Assembly (NCBI RefSeq): GCF_006345805.1
Contig: NC_043011.1
Span: 6,882,001-6,946,000, forward strand
Length of the DNA stretch: 64,000 nt
DNA from: Octopus sinensis
Taxonomy: Eukaryota
Reading direction: 5' to 3'
The translations under genes and the position numbers were made by a program. Within the stretch, counting starts at the first letter, position 1. Every line of letters starts with the position of its first letter. Under the pieces are notes generated by a model. That model had not been told where the DNA came from. It searched no databases and saw nothing but the letters and a program-made list of their open reading frames with translations. Shown here piece by piece: positions 11,724-23,374 of this stretch.

Positions 11724-12974
11724 TGGAGTAAAGATTGTTCACCAACATAACATGGCAGTCCTGGTTTAGGATAAATCATCATCATCATCATCGTTTAACG
11801 TCCGCTTTCCATGCTAGCATGGGTTGGACGGTTCAACTGGGGTCTGGCAAGCCGAAGGCTGCACCAGGCCAGTCAGATCTGGCAGTGTTCTACAGCTGAT
11901 GCCCTTCCTAACGCCAACCACTCCGTGAGTGTAGTGGGTGATTTTATGTGCCACCGACACAGGTGCCAGACGAGGCTGGCAGACGGTCACGCTCGAATGT
12001 TTTTTTTGATGTGCCACCGACACAGGTGCCAGACGAGGCTGGCAGACGGCCGCGCTCGGATGGTGTTTTTCATGTGCCACCGACACAGGTGCCAGACGAG
12101 GCTGGCGAACGGCTACGATCGGATGGTGTTTGTTACATGTCCACAGCACGGGGCCAGTCGATGCGGTACTGGCTACGGCCCCGTTCGGACGGTTTTGTTA
12201 TGTGCCACCGGCACTGGTACCACAAGGATACAAATTCCATTGATGTTCATCTATTTGATTTGATTCGATTTAACTTGACTTTCACTTGCCTCAACAGGTC
12301 TTCACAAGTATCACAAGCAGGAAGGTATGCACAGGTGGACTGACTACGTCCCAGGTAGTGGCCATGGGTTATGGCTTCACTAGTCTTGCCGGGTCTTCTC
12401 ACACACAGCATACTTCCATAGGTCTCGGTCTCTAGTCATTTCCATGGTGAGACCTAACGTTCGAAGGTCGTGCTTCACCACCTCATCCCAGGTTTTCCTG
12501 GGTCTACCTCTTCCACGGGTTCCCTCAACTGCTAGGGATTGGCACTTTCTCACACACCTATCTTCATCCATTCTCGCCACATGACCATACCAGCGCAATC
12601 ATCTCTCTTGCACACAACAACTGATGCTTCTTAGGTACAACATTTCTCTCAAGGAACTAACGCTCTGTCGAGTAAGTACACTGACATTACACATCCATCG
12701 GAGCATACTGGTTTCATTCCTCATGAGCTTACGCATGTATCAGCAGTCACGGCCCATGTTTCACTGCCATGCTGTAATTTAGCCCCAGGAGACATCGTCT
12801 CCAGCTGGCTATAAGATCATGTCATATACAGATCATGTTGTATACAGATCATGATCATGGACACAGATCGTATCATATAACCAGCTGGAGACAGTGTCTC
12901 CTGGGGCTAAATTACGGCAACATTTATCCTAAACCAGGACTGCCATGTTATTTTGGCAAACAATCTTTACTCCA
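11724..12974. mobile_element. ~250-bp fold-back MITE whose left arm is split by an RTE insertion
   Basis: 11724-11776 plus 12770-~12815 is the reverse complement of ~12875-12974. Confidence 0.75.
11777..12769 (-). mobile_element. 5'-truncated RTE LINE
   Basis: ORF 12380-12598 RWYGHVARM...GRGRPRKTW, plus the family 3' UTR and (GAT)n tail. Confidence 0.92.
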
Positions 12975-13043
12975 GGTGTCACCTTATCATTTCATTTCAT
13001 GGCTGCATGTGAGACAGCTATCATTTGACAAGATACAACAATC

Positions 13044-13082
<39 letters not shown>

Positions 13083-13109
13083 CTATGTATGTATGTCAGT
13101 GTTCAGTTT

Positions 13110-14450
13110 TATTTCATAGTGTCTGGCCAGAAGCACATCGAGCTGGTTGGTGAGACACTGAAAGACTACGAAGCGGTAACAGGAGCAAAAATCAATGAGG
13201 AAAAGTCAGTGGGCTTGTGGCTCAGCACCTGGAGAAGCAAGCCCATGCCATCCACCAGCACCTCCGACATGGGATGCTGGACCGATGGTCCAGTTGAGTT
13301 GCTTGGGATCTGATTTGGTCCGGTTCTACATAGACGATGGTGAACAGGTGTGGTCACCATTTGTGAGGTGCGCTTTCCTGCAGCTCGTCTCGATGACCGA
13401 ACTGCAGTCGTAGATCAAAAAGAGGCCAAGGAAGGGTGAATGGCACCGTGAGTGTCGTGTTGCTCTCAAGCTACTACGCCATCCCGGGTTGACCTTGAGC
13501 GACTTCAACACAACCACAGCATTCTACAGGGGATTAGTGGAGAGGAGGTATGACAACGATCTCGGGGCGAACCTGGGCATCGACGAGGAATACCTGACCC
13601 ACCTGTTCAAGATGACTTTCAGACCGGGACCTATGGACAACTTCCAGAGATTCCTGGCCTGGCAGTGCTACTGAGAAGTGCTACCTATTCAGGATAAGCT
13701 CTACAGGCATGGCTCAAGAAACACAGGGCCGAGCTGCCCGAGATGCGGTCAGAGCGATGAAACCGTTCTGCACGCACACATACAGTGTCCAACAAATTCC
13801 GACCTGTGGGCCTATGTCGAACAACTACTATCGCATGTGGGATGAGTCGGTTTATCAACTGAGTCTGTCATGAATATTGTTGCATCTCCTTCCTTGAAAT
13901 GGGAAGGAAGAGCCATTTTCATTTTACTTGTGGCTATGGCGAAAGAATGTGTATGGTGGACACGCCTGAAAGGATTAGAGACAAACACTTTCCTCTCTGG
14001 CGAATCTCTCATCAACTTCTTCAAGTATCACTTGAAGAAAAAGGTGAGAGTAGAGAGGCAAGTCTTGTCTAGCGAATGTTTAAAAAAAAGATGGGTGAAT
14101 GTAGCAAGGATGGCACGTATGAATGACGGAGCCACCTTGAGCATAATCCTATGAACCAAAAAAAGAAAGAAAAAAAGGGAGTCACTTACTGTAATGTGTT
14201 TTTTTTGCATGACATTATTGCCCAAAGTTACTGTGGTCTTTCCCATAGGCTTTTCTTTCCACAGATAAACCTAATCTGTTTTCCCTTTTTACATTATGAC
14301 ATTTCTATGATACACGATCCCTATTGATCAGTTTTATTTTTTTCACGATCCCTTTTGATCGAAATTCAGCCCATTTTTTTCCTCTTCTTCTTTCCAAAAG
14401 GAAAGCTCTACTTTGTATTTTGTCCCGTCTGTGTTCAGCCAATAAAGAAA
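13110..14450 (+). mobile_element. Tx1/L1-clade LINE fragment (end of RT, CCHC zinc finger, C-terminus, 3' UTR), internally deleted
   Basis: YEAVTGAKINEEKS; CPRCGQSDETVLHAHIQC; same family as 62625-63900. Confidence 0.8.
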
Positions 14451-15019
14451 CATATCTGCCTGTTTGTTTGTCTGTCTGTCTATCTATCTATTTATACACA
14501 TATCTATAGGCTTATTGAATTTAACGTTTTGAAAATATGGTTTCTTGCATATTCGGAATCTCTTTCATTGAAAACATAGAAACCCACTGAAAAAAAAATT
14601 GGAAATGTCTGTTTTTGTGGTGGTGGGGGGAGACTGTGCATGAGGTCTGCCGGAGAAGCAGAGTGAAATTTAGAAAATTTAAAATTTGGGAGAAGGGGAG
14701 GTTGAGGTGGGTATTTTGAATTTGGAAAAGGTGGTTTTAAAAAAAAATTTCGGAAATAGTTCAAGATTTTATATTGTGGGTGGGGAATAGGGTGAGTGAA
14801 ATTTAAAAAAAAAAATTTTTTTTTTTGCATATTTGTAATCTCTGACATCAAAAATGTAGGAATCTAAAAAAATATTTTTTAAAAAATAGCATTTTTCAAG
14901 GAGGGGTGCGAAACTGCATTAGCCCTGGAATATTTATTCTGACCAAATTCCACTTGTGTATTCTTTGAAGATGGCAAATACAGTTCAAGGTCTCTCTTCA
15001 TACTATTCCTGTCTTTGGT

Positions 15020-15182
15020 ATATCTATGCTTGTTTACATGAATGTGTATGTATCTGTGTACGTGTATGTTTGTGTGTATATGTATCATCTATGTAAGTGT
15101 GTATATTTATGTGTGTGTATGTGTGTATATATATATAATATATATATATATATCGAATGCCATGCATCCTTTTCCAAGTACG

Positions 15183-15218
<36 letters not shown>

Positions 15219-15524
15219 ATATACATATAAATATACAATTTTTTTTTATCTGTGTGTGTGTGTGTGTATGTATGTTTGTGTGTATATGTCTCATCTATGT
15301 ATGTGTGTATATGTTTGTACGTGTGTGTGTGTGCATATATATGTATATATACATATAAATATACAAAACAATACAAAATTTGTTTATGCATGTAACTTTT
15401 CAAGTGTGTAATATGTAGTATGCATATATATATATATATTATAATATATATATATATATGTATACTTACATATATATATAAATATATATATATATCTATG
15501 TATACATTTATATATACATATATA

Positions 15525-15564
<40 letters not shown>

Positions 15565-15620
15565 TACGTATACACACACACACATACATACATATATTTT
15601 GTAAGCATGTACATATATTT
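15020..15620. repeat. (TA)/(TG)/(CA) microsatellite block
   Basis: Direct inspection. Confidence 0.9.
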
Positions 15621-16675
15621 TTATATATTCCGATTCCATAACAAATGTGTCATTTCCTCAATGTTTTTACATAGCTTGTTTGTTGATTATAAATAATTTA
15701 ATGACATTTGTAAATAAGTTAAAAACAGTACGAGAAGTCCTAAATACCCTGTAATATAAATATATAGACTACTACCCTTGTAATAGTGTTGGTGCTGTTG
15801 ATAGTGGTGGCCATGCTGGAGAGGAAGAATTTCTGTTAATTGTGTGATGTTTTGGTTTCTCGCAACTGGCTGACTGACCTTGAGAATGGCATAAATGTCA
15901 CACAATCACATTTTGTTCTAAATTTGTTGTATTGTATCACGTGAGAGTGAGAGAGTGTGTGTGTGTGTGTGTGTGTATGTGTGTGTGTGTATGTGTGTAT
16001 GTGTGTGTGTGACAGAGGACAAGGAATGCATAGAGTGGTGTGTTGTTTGTATATATAATATATATAACTATATATAATTATATATATATATATGTATATT
16101 AATAAATTTTAGGGTACCAAAAAATTCTAGAAAAATTCTCCGTTACCAGCGGTCAAGTGAAAAAAATAGTCAATAGACAATGTAATATACATTCAAACAT
16201 ATAAGGGATGGCCATAATAGGACATCCGACTCACTAGAAAGAGCAGTTAAACTCCAAACCACTAATAGTTGTAATTCTGAAATGGAAAGAGAAATAAAAA
16301 CGTTTACCCTCTCCTTATGTGTGTATATATATGTATATGTGTGTGTAGTTGTGAGGTGTGGATGTGTGTGTGTTTGTATATATGAATATATATGTGTGGA
16401 TCTGCATGTGTGTATGTATCATCAACATCATCACCATCATTATCGTTTTAATGACCCCTTTACCAGGCTTGCATGGGTCAGACAAAGTTTATTGAGGCAG
16501 ATTTTCTATGACCAGATGCCTTTCCTATCACCAACCCTCATTCGTTCTCAAGCAAGATAATATTTCCTCATGGACAGAAAAGAGTCTTGCAGAATACTGT
16601 CAAATGATGTCAAAATGATGTCAAATGACTGTCAAATGATGTCAAACAAGAAGATACAAACACACACACACACAC

Positions 16676-16723
<48 letters not shown>

Positions 16724-16915
16724 TATATATATATTATATATATATAAAATATTAGTTATCGCCATACTAATATGGCATTCTTATAAAAATAAGAATAACT
16801 GACCGCTTATTAGCTCCATGAGGCCATCGCCTTAAGTTAGCTATTTGATACACAAACTGTATCCATATAACCTTTGAACAAGGGAGGTCAGTCGCTCCAC
16901 ACTACTTGGCCGGCA

Positions 16916-16957
16916 GCTACAGACGCGTTTCGGGGTATTGCCCCTTTTCAATGCAGC
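16916..16957 (-). ncRNA. Minimal type I hammerhead ribozyme (U3-A8 core), copy 1
   Basis: Reverse complement reads GCTGCA-TTGAAAA-GGGG caata CCCC-GAAA-C GC GT-C-TGTAGC. Confidence 0.8.
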
Positions 16958-17272
16958 GTAGCCAACCAGTAGGTGTCGCTTCTGACAATCTCTGTTCAAA
17001 GTTTTTATTTACCTAGCTTCGGTGGAATACATCCACTTGTTTTCAATAATAAAATATTAAAATTACTAAGTCTCTCTAAAAGAGAACAACGGCAGCGTTC
17101 CCGGAAATATTAGTTATCGCCATACTAATTGGCATTCTTATAAAAATAAGAAAAAGCTGACGCTTATTAGCTCCATGAGGCCATCGCCTTAAGTTAGCTA
17201 TTTGATACACAAACTGTATCCATATAACCTTTGAACAAGGGAGGTCAGTCGCTCCACACTACTTGGCCGGCA

Positions 17273-17314
17273 GCTACAGACGCGTTTCGGGGTATTGCCC
17301 CTTTTCAATGCAGC
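17273..17314 (-). ncRNA. Minimal type I hammerhead ribozyme (U3-A8 core), copy 2
   Basis: Identical motif to copy 1, 357 nt away. Confidence 0.8.
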
Positions 17315-17508
17315 GTAGCCAAACCAGTAGGTGTCGCTTCTGACAATCTCTAATATTTTCCGGGAACGCTGCCGTTGTTCTCTTTTAGAGAGACTTAGTA
17401 ATTTTAATATTTCTATTATTGAAAACAAGTGGATGTATTCCACCGAAGCTAGGTAAATAAAACCTTTGAACAGAGATTGTCAGAAGCGACACCTACTGGT
17501 TTGGCTAC

Positions 17509-17550
17509 GCTGCATTGAAAAGGGGCAATACCCCGAAACGCGTCTGTAGC
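17509..17550 (+). ncRNA. Minimal type I hammerhead ribozyme (U3-A8 core), copy 3
   Basis: Stem I GCTGCA/TGTAGC (one G-U), core TTGAAAA, stem II GGGG/CCCC, GAAA, palindromic ACGCGT stem III, GUC cleavage after 17544. Confidence 0.8.
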
Positions 17551-17889
17551 TGCCGGCCAAGTAGTGTGGAGCGACTGACCTCCCTTGTTCAAAGGTTATA
17601 TGGATACAGTTTGTGTATCAAATAGCTAACTTAAGGCGATGGCCTCATGGAGCTAATAAGCGGTCAGCTTTATTCTTATTTTTATAAGAATGCCATATTA
17701 GTATGGCGATAACTAATATTTTCCGGGAACGCTGCCGTTGTTCTCTTTTAGAGAGACTTAGTAATTTTAATATTTCTATTATATATATATATATATATAT
17801 TATTATATAATATATATATATATATTATTACATATATATATATACATATATATATAGATATACATATATATACATATATATAGTATATA

Positions 17890-18110
17890 GTAAATCTAAA
17901 AAAGAACAAACACAAAAAAACAACATGAGGACGTGGTACATGTAATGTTTTTTAGCAGACCCTCAAGGAAGGAAAGAAAGATGATAGTTGGAAAACAATT
18001 GACAGAAACAGGTGTATGAAAAACAAGCAAGTGTAATAGTTTGATGCTTAGGAAAAATGAAAAAGTCTTTCACGTTTCGATCCTATGCTCTTCAACAAAA
18101 AACAATAAAA
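17890..18110 (-). mobile_element. PLE pseudo-LTR (family H1) with a decayed hammerhead-like motif at 18065-18100
   Basis: Reverse complement ttgttgaagagcataggatcgaaacgtgaaagac is homologous to 1410-1447; stem II mismatch and GUG triplet. Confidence 0.6.
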
Positions 18111-18312
18111 TGCTATAAATGGCTTCTAAGAAGTTTTCCATCAACAGAATGTCATTCATAAGACATCTGATTTTCTGGTAATGGGACATTTCCACAAGAC
18201 CCATACCTGGAGGCCTTTTGTTGAGAAGTGAACTTCTTCCCCTCTGGTTCATATCTGGCATATTTCCATCCCTCTATCTATTTCTCCCTCCCTCCCTCCA
18301 TCTATCCATCCA

Positions 18313-18349
<37 letters not shown>

Positions 18350-18934
18350 ATATGTATATAAAGAGATTGAAAGAAAGGGTGATAATAATAAAAAGAGAGG
18401 TTGAATGGAAGGGAGATAATAAAGTGCTAGTGATCCCAACAAGAGAAGGTTCACATGCATGAGTGTGTATGTGAGAATGATATGTGTGAGTATGTAAGTA
18501 TGTATGTGTGAATAAGAGCAAGTGACTCTGATGTGTGTGTGTGTGTGTGTAATGTGTGTAATGTGTTTGCGTGTGTGTGTTGTGTGTAGCAGCTGATGTG
18601 TGCTTTTTAACGTAGTGTGTGCACACATGCATGTGTATGTGTGTGTGTGTGTGTGTCAGTGACCAAACAGTGTACATGTGTATGGTGTATGTATGTATGT
18701 GGGTGAGAATTATCTTTGACTTTGTATGTTGCATGTGTTGTATGTATATGTATGTATAGCCTGTGTTCAGGTATTATGTACTTGTGTGGGTGTGGTAGTG
18801 TGCATGATGGGGGTGGTATGTGTACTGAGTTAAACAGTGTGTGTGTGGCTGCTCATATAGCGGTACATGTTGTGAGGCTATTGAAGACTGTGTGTGGGTG
18901 TGTGGATGATGGTGTGTCGTGTGGGTGCTGAGAA

Positions 18935-20325
18935 GCGTTTGGTGCTAGCATGTGTGGAGTGGTGTGGGGATGGTGTCAAATGAAGAGAGGATGTGAGGTT
19001 GGTGGCAGATGAAGAGAGGAGGTGAGCTAAGCCCATATGGTGCAAAGGAATGAAGAGAGAAGATTAATTCTTGTTCATGGTGAAGGCAGGAGTCTGGGTG
19101 GCCCCTGTGCAAAGATAATCCAAACACAGACAGATGTTGTAGCAAATGACCAGTAGAGCAGAAATGGTGTGAGGCCAGGGTGTCATTGTCAAGTCTGATG
19201 TCTCAAAGATGCTCCATGAACCGGTGAGCCAAGCAGCATCCCATTTGACCAATGTACAGGAAAGGACAGAGAGAGCAGAAGATGCAGTATATGACATTAC
19301 TAGAAATGCAGGTAAAGGAGTCAGTGATGTGATAAGAATGATGATGGGTGCCTAAGAGGATGGTGGTGTTGGAGAGGTAGGGGCAAGTGTGACAGTGTGG
19401 ATGGGAGCAGGGGAACGAGCCAGACAGGGAAGTGGGGTTAGGGAAGATATTGTGGACCAGGAAGTCATGCAGGTTATGGGCTCATTTGAAGGAGGGAAGG
19501 GGTAGGTTGAAGAAGATGTACAAGATGGAGGGGTCTGACTGAAGTTACTGGAAGTCTTGGAGAATAGTAAGTTGGAGGGGCAGGGTGGCGGGGGTGATAG
19601 GTGAGGGGAAACAGGAGACAAGCAGGGGTGGGTGCAAGGAGAAAGAGCAGAGGCACAGTCCACAGATCGTGTCCTGGCAAGGGCAGTGTGGATAGTGGTG
19701 AGGGGATATCCACGTAGGACGAAGTGGTAAGCCATGAATTGAGATTGAGCCTCAAAACCATGGTTGTTACTGCAGAGCCTGCGCAGATGGAGGAATTAGG
19801 AATAGGAGATGGAGAGCTTCATATGGGTAGAGTGGGAGGAGGAGACGTCAAGGTAGGAGTGTGAGTCAGTATGTTTGTAGATGATGGAGGTAGTGAGAGT
19901 GGAGCGGTGTATGCTGACAGAAATTCGACAGAAGAGTTAGAGATGGTGCAGGGGGAAATCGAGGGCAGGATGGAAGGATTGAACAAAAGAGAGGAAGGAG
20001 TCTAGTTGCTCGCAGGAGAGTGAAGACGCACTGATACAGTCATCAATATAATGACCGTATAGTTTGGGAGTGGGACCAGTGAATCTTGAGAATATTTGAG
20101 CACCAGCATAGCCAACGAACAGGTTCGCATAGTTGGAGCCCATTCTTGTTCCCTCGGGCCACTCCCAAGACCTGTTGGTAAAAATCCCCCGTGAACGAGA
20201 AGCAGGGAGAGAACAAGTTTGACCAGACTAAGAAGTGTGGAAGCGTCAGATTGAGGGTTAGGTCGAGGGTCTGGAAAGTGTTTGAGCACAAGAAGCCCTT
20301 CGTTGTATGGGATTAACATATATAA
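18935..20325 (-). mobile_element. Penelope-like element A: RT plus C-terminal GIY-YIG endonuclease, pseudogenised
   Basis: IPYNEGLLVLKHF; MGSNYANLFVG; HYIDDCI; SNVIYCIFCSLCPFLYIGQMG...RFMEH. Confidence 0.88.
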
Positions 20326-20328
20326 ATA

Positions 20329-20462
<134 letters not shown>

Positions 20463-20485
20463 GAGGGATGAAAATACACCAAATA

Positions 20486-21718
20486 TTAGGTTGGCAACTA
20501 AGTTCCTGCTGTTTTTTTTTTTATTAAAATTTTTTAAAAGGTTTAATAAAAAAGTAACAACTAATTAATCAATAATGTATTCACTTCTAGAAATTGTTAA
20601 CAACTTCTTCCCAACATTCAACAGGATTTTCAATACCTCATTGGTAAAAACCACCCGATTTCGACTCGAAAATTTGATCCAACCAAGCTCTCAATTCTGC
20701 ATCAGTATTGAATGAAACTCTGCACATAGCATTTGAAAGAGATGGAAAGAGGTGGAAATCCGTGTTTGAATGGCTTCCTTGGTCATATCGGCGATATGAG
20801 GGCAAGAGTTGTCGTGCAGCAGCAGAACTCCATGTTGACGATTAGGTCTTTCCTCTTGAATAGCCGTGTTGAGCCATCCCATCTGTTGAACATAGAGTTC
20901 CGTGTTTACCGTTTGGTTCCGTTCAAGCAATTCGTAATGGATAATCCCTTCCCAGTCCCACCACACGCACAACATCGTTTTAAGATCTTGTTTCACGTTT
21001 GGTGTCGCTTGTTTACCGAGGCTAAACCATTCCTTACGCTGCTTCATATTGATGTATAGGCACCATTTTTCGTCGCCATTAACGATTCGGTAAAGAAATC
21101 GTTGCTTGTGTCCATGAGTTGAGCGGTGACGAGCAAGCAAACCAGCGGAGATTGTGGCTCGTTGATTTTTGTTGTTGTCACTTAAAGCATGCGGAACCTA
21201 TGCTCCATACTTCTGAACTTTTCCCATCAAGTGAAGATGCTTCTCTATAGCAGAGTGGGAGCATTCCATTTTCTCTGCCAGTTCCCTTGTCGTTTGACGA
21301 GAATTTTCATGCAAAAGTCGATTTAATCGCTCTTCATCAAACTCAACTGGACAGCCAGAACGAGGTGCGTCGTTGAGGTCAAAATTTCCATTTTTGAACT
21401 TGGCATACCAATCACGGGTGGTTCTATCAGCTATGGCACCCTCTCCATATGCAGCACAAATGTCGCAAGCAGCTTTTCTGGCCTTAGAACCTTGATTAAA
21501 AGCAAAAAGAAGGAGGTGTCGAAAATGCTCGTTTTTCTTAACTTGGTATTCCATTTTAATGAGCTGAAAATAAACAAAAATTAACTAAAATTAACTAGAA
21601 AAAAATAGATTCCAAAATGATTCAAAAATAGAATTCTCAAAAAAAATAGATTACAAAATTTAAGAACCCAATAAATTCCAAATTTAAAAAAACCGTTGGA
21701 ACTTAGTTGCTAACCCAA
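20486..21718 (-). mobile_element. Full-length decayed mariner transposon (mellifera-like transposase)
   Basis: TIRs ttaggttggcaactaagttcc / ggaacttagttgctaacccaa (2 mismatches in 21 nt); TA TSD at 20484-85 and 21719-20; ORFs 21198-21554 (HTH, EHFRHLLLF...RSGCP) and 20691-21140 (NGDEKW, LLHDN). Confidence 0.95.
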
Positions 21719-21719
21719 T

Positions 21720-22760
21720 ATGAACCAGAGGGGAAGAAGTTCACTTCTCAACAAAAAGGCCTCCAGGTATGGATCTTGTGCAAGTGTCCCATTACCAGAA
21801 AATCAGATGAACTAAAGTCTTATGAATGACATTCTGTTGATGGAAAACTTCTTGGAAGACGTTTATAACAAAGAATGATTTTGTCGGAGGAAAAAATTGT
21901 TTCTTCCCAAATTTTATGAAAAAACTTCCTCATGCTGGTATAAAAATATGGTTGGTCTTTTTTTGACATAGCTGTTCCAATGATCCCCGAATCTTTCACT
22001 AATACTTTTAGAAGTTTCACCTATATAAGATCCAGGGAGATCTACGCATGCTCCTTTCAGGCACCTTATCTGGTACACAATCCAATGATTTTTTTAAGAA
22101 AAAAAAAACATTTTTTATGTTGATATTTTTTTTTTTCGTTTTTAAAATGGAAAACACAAAAAGTACTCAGACCTTTATCAACATTGTAGTTGATATGTGG
22201 GGTTGTCAAAGGAGTGAGACATACAGATAATAAATTTAACCCTTTGACAAATTAAATTTCATGGTTATTCCAGTAATAATGTTAAATATCTACCAAAAAA
22301 ATGGAGCTGGTATTTTTGGCAAGCCACATTGCCTCAATAAACTTGACATGTCTCAACAAAAAAAAATAGCTTCAAACATGATATTCCTCAACAAAAGATA
22401 GTTTAGTATATAAAACTGCCATCTGCAATTAAGGGTAGTGAAATTTTGAGTGGAATATGTGATTTCTGCCATAAAAGGTATAATGGATCTACCTGTGTTT
22501 TCAATGTCATTTCCCTCTGAGCAATTAATCTTAACATCAGAGCTTTGAAATGACAGTTAGATCCTTTAATGTCATTATCTGTAAACCTTATTCCTTTGAT
22601 AATGACACCTGTCAAAGGAACTGTGTGGAATATGTCACAAATCCACAAATCAACTGCAAAGTTAGTAACACTTTGTTCAGGATAAGGTGCTGAGAAGGAG
22701 CACATGTAAATCTCTCTGAATACTACAAAAGTGAAACTTCTAGGAGTACGAATAAAAGAT
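21720..22760 (-). mobile_element. Penelope-like element B, heavily decayed (GIY-YIG clear, RT faint)
   Basis: 22080 to 21960 translates VYQIRCLKGACVDLPGSYIGETSKSISERFGDH; faint APFFWxRYL RT-like remnant upstream. Confidence 0.7.
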
Positions 22761-23374
22761 TTATCAATGATGTTTTGCCCTTTTTCTCTGGATTGTGGCC
22801 CAAAGGTGCTGGCACAACTCTAACCAAAGGTCTGAAGAATATTGTCTGTAGTTCTGGTGTGGTGATGTTGATTTAGTTCTTTTTTCTCTCTTTTCTTCTT
22901 GTTTTATTCACTTCGACTCTGCAATTTTTATTTCTTTCTTTATAGCCCTCCACCTATGTTTGCAGTCAGTTTCTCTTGCAGTCATAATCAAGCCACCTAT
23001 TTCATAGGGAAAGGGTTTGATGGTGATGTAGCCAGAGTGTGTATGAAGAAGTGTTTACTGCCCTAATGCTCTCTCCTCCTATACAGGCTTACACACCAAA
23101 CCCATAAAAGCTGACAACTCCAGATTGCATGATGCTGCTGGTGTTTGATGACACTCTTGTAACAGAGTTTTAGGTGCCCTCTTCACCAGCATCTACATTC
23201 AGCTCAATGCCACTCACAGCTGTAGAAATCTTAGTGCCCTCCATATGGAGCATGTGTCCCACCTAGTAAACTATTGTTGTTACTCATTCTCTTTTATTAG
23301 AACTGGCCCTTGCAGAGACAGTTATGTTTATAGAATTAACAATATTTATTAAAAACTTGTAACCCAGGGCTTAC

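Larger units (their letters stand above)
16746..17781. mobile_element. Non-coding tandem plus inverted array of a ~357-363 nt hammerhead-bearing unit (retrozyme-like or PLE pseudo-LTR array)
   Basis: Unit 16746-17104 and partial 17105-17350 (minus sense); inverted unit 17351-17713 and partial 17714-17781 (plus sense); flanked on both sides by (TA)n. Confidence 0.85.

Noticed and set aside
15760-15815. Possible minus-strand start exon MATTINSTNTITR with a good Kozak context
   Set aside because: Only 13 codons with a weak donor, and no supportable downstream exon.
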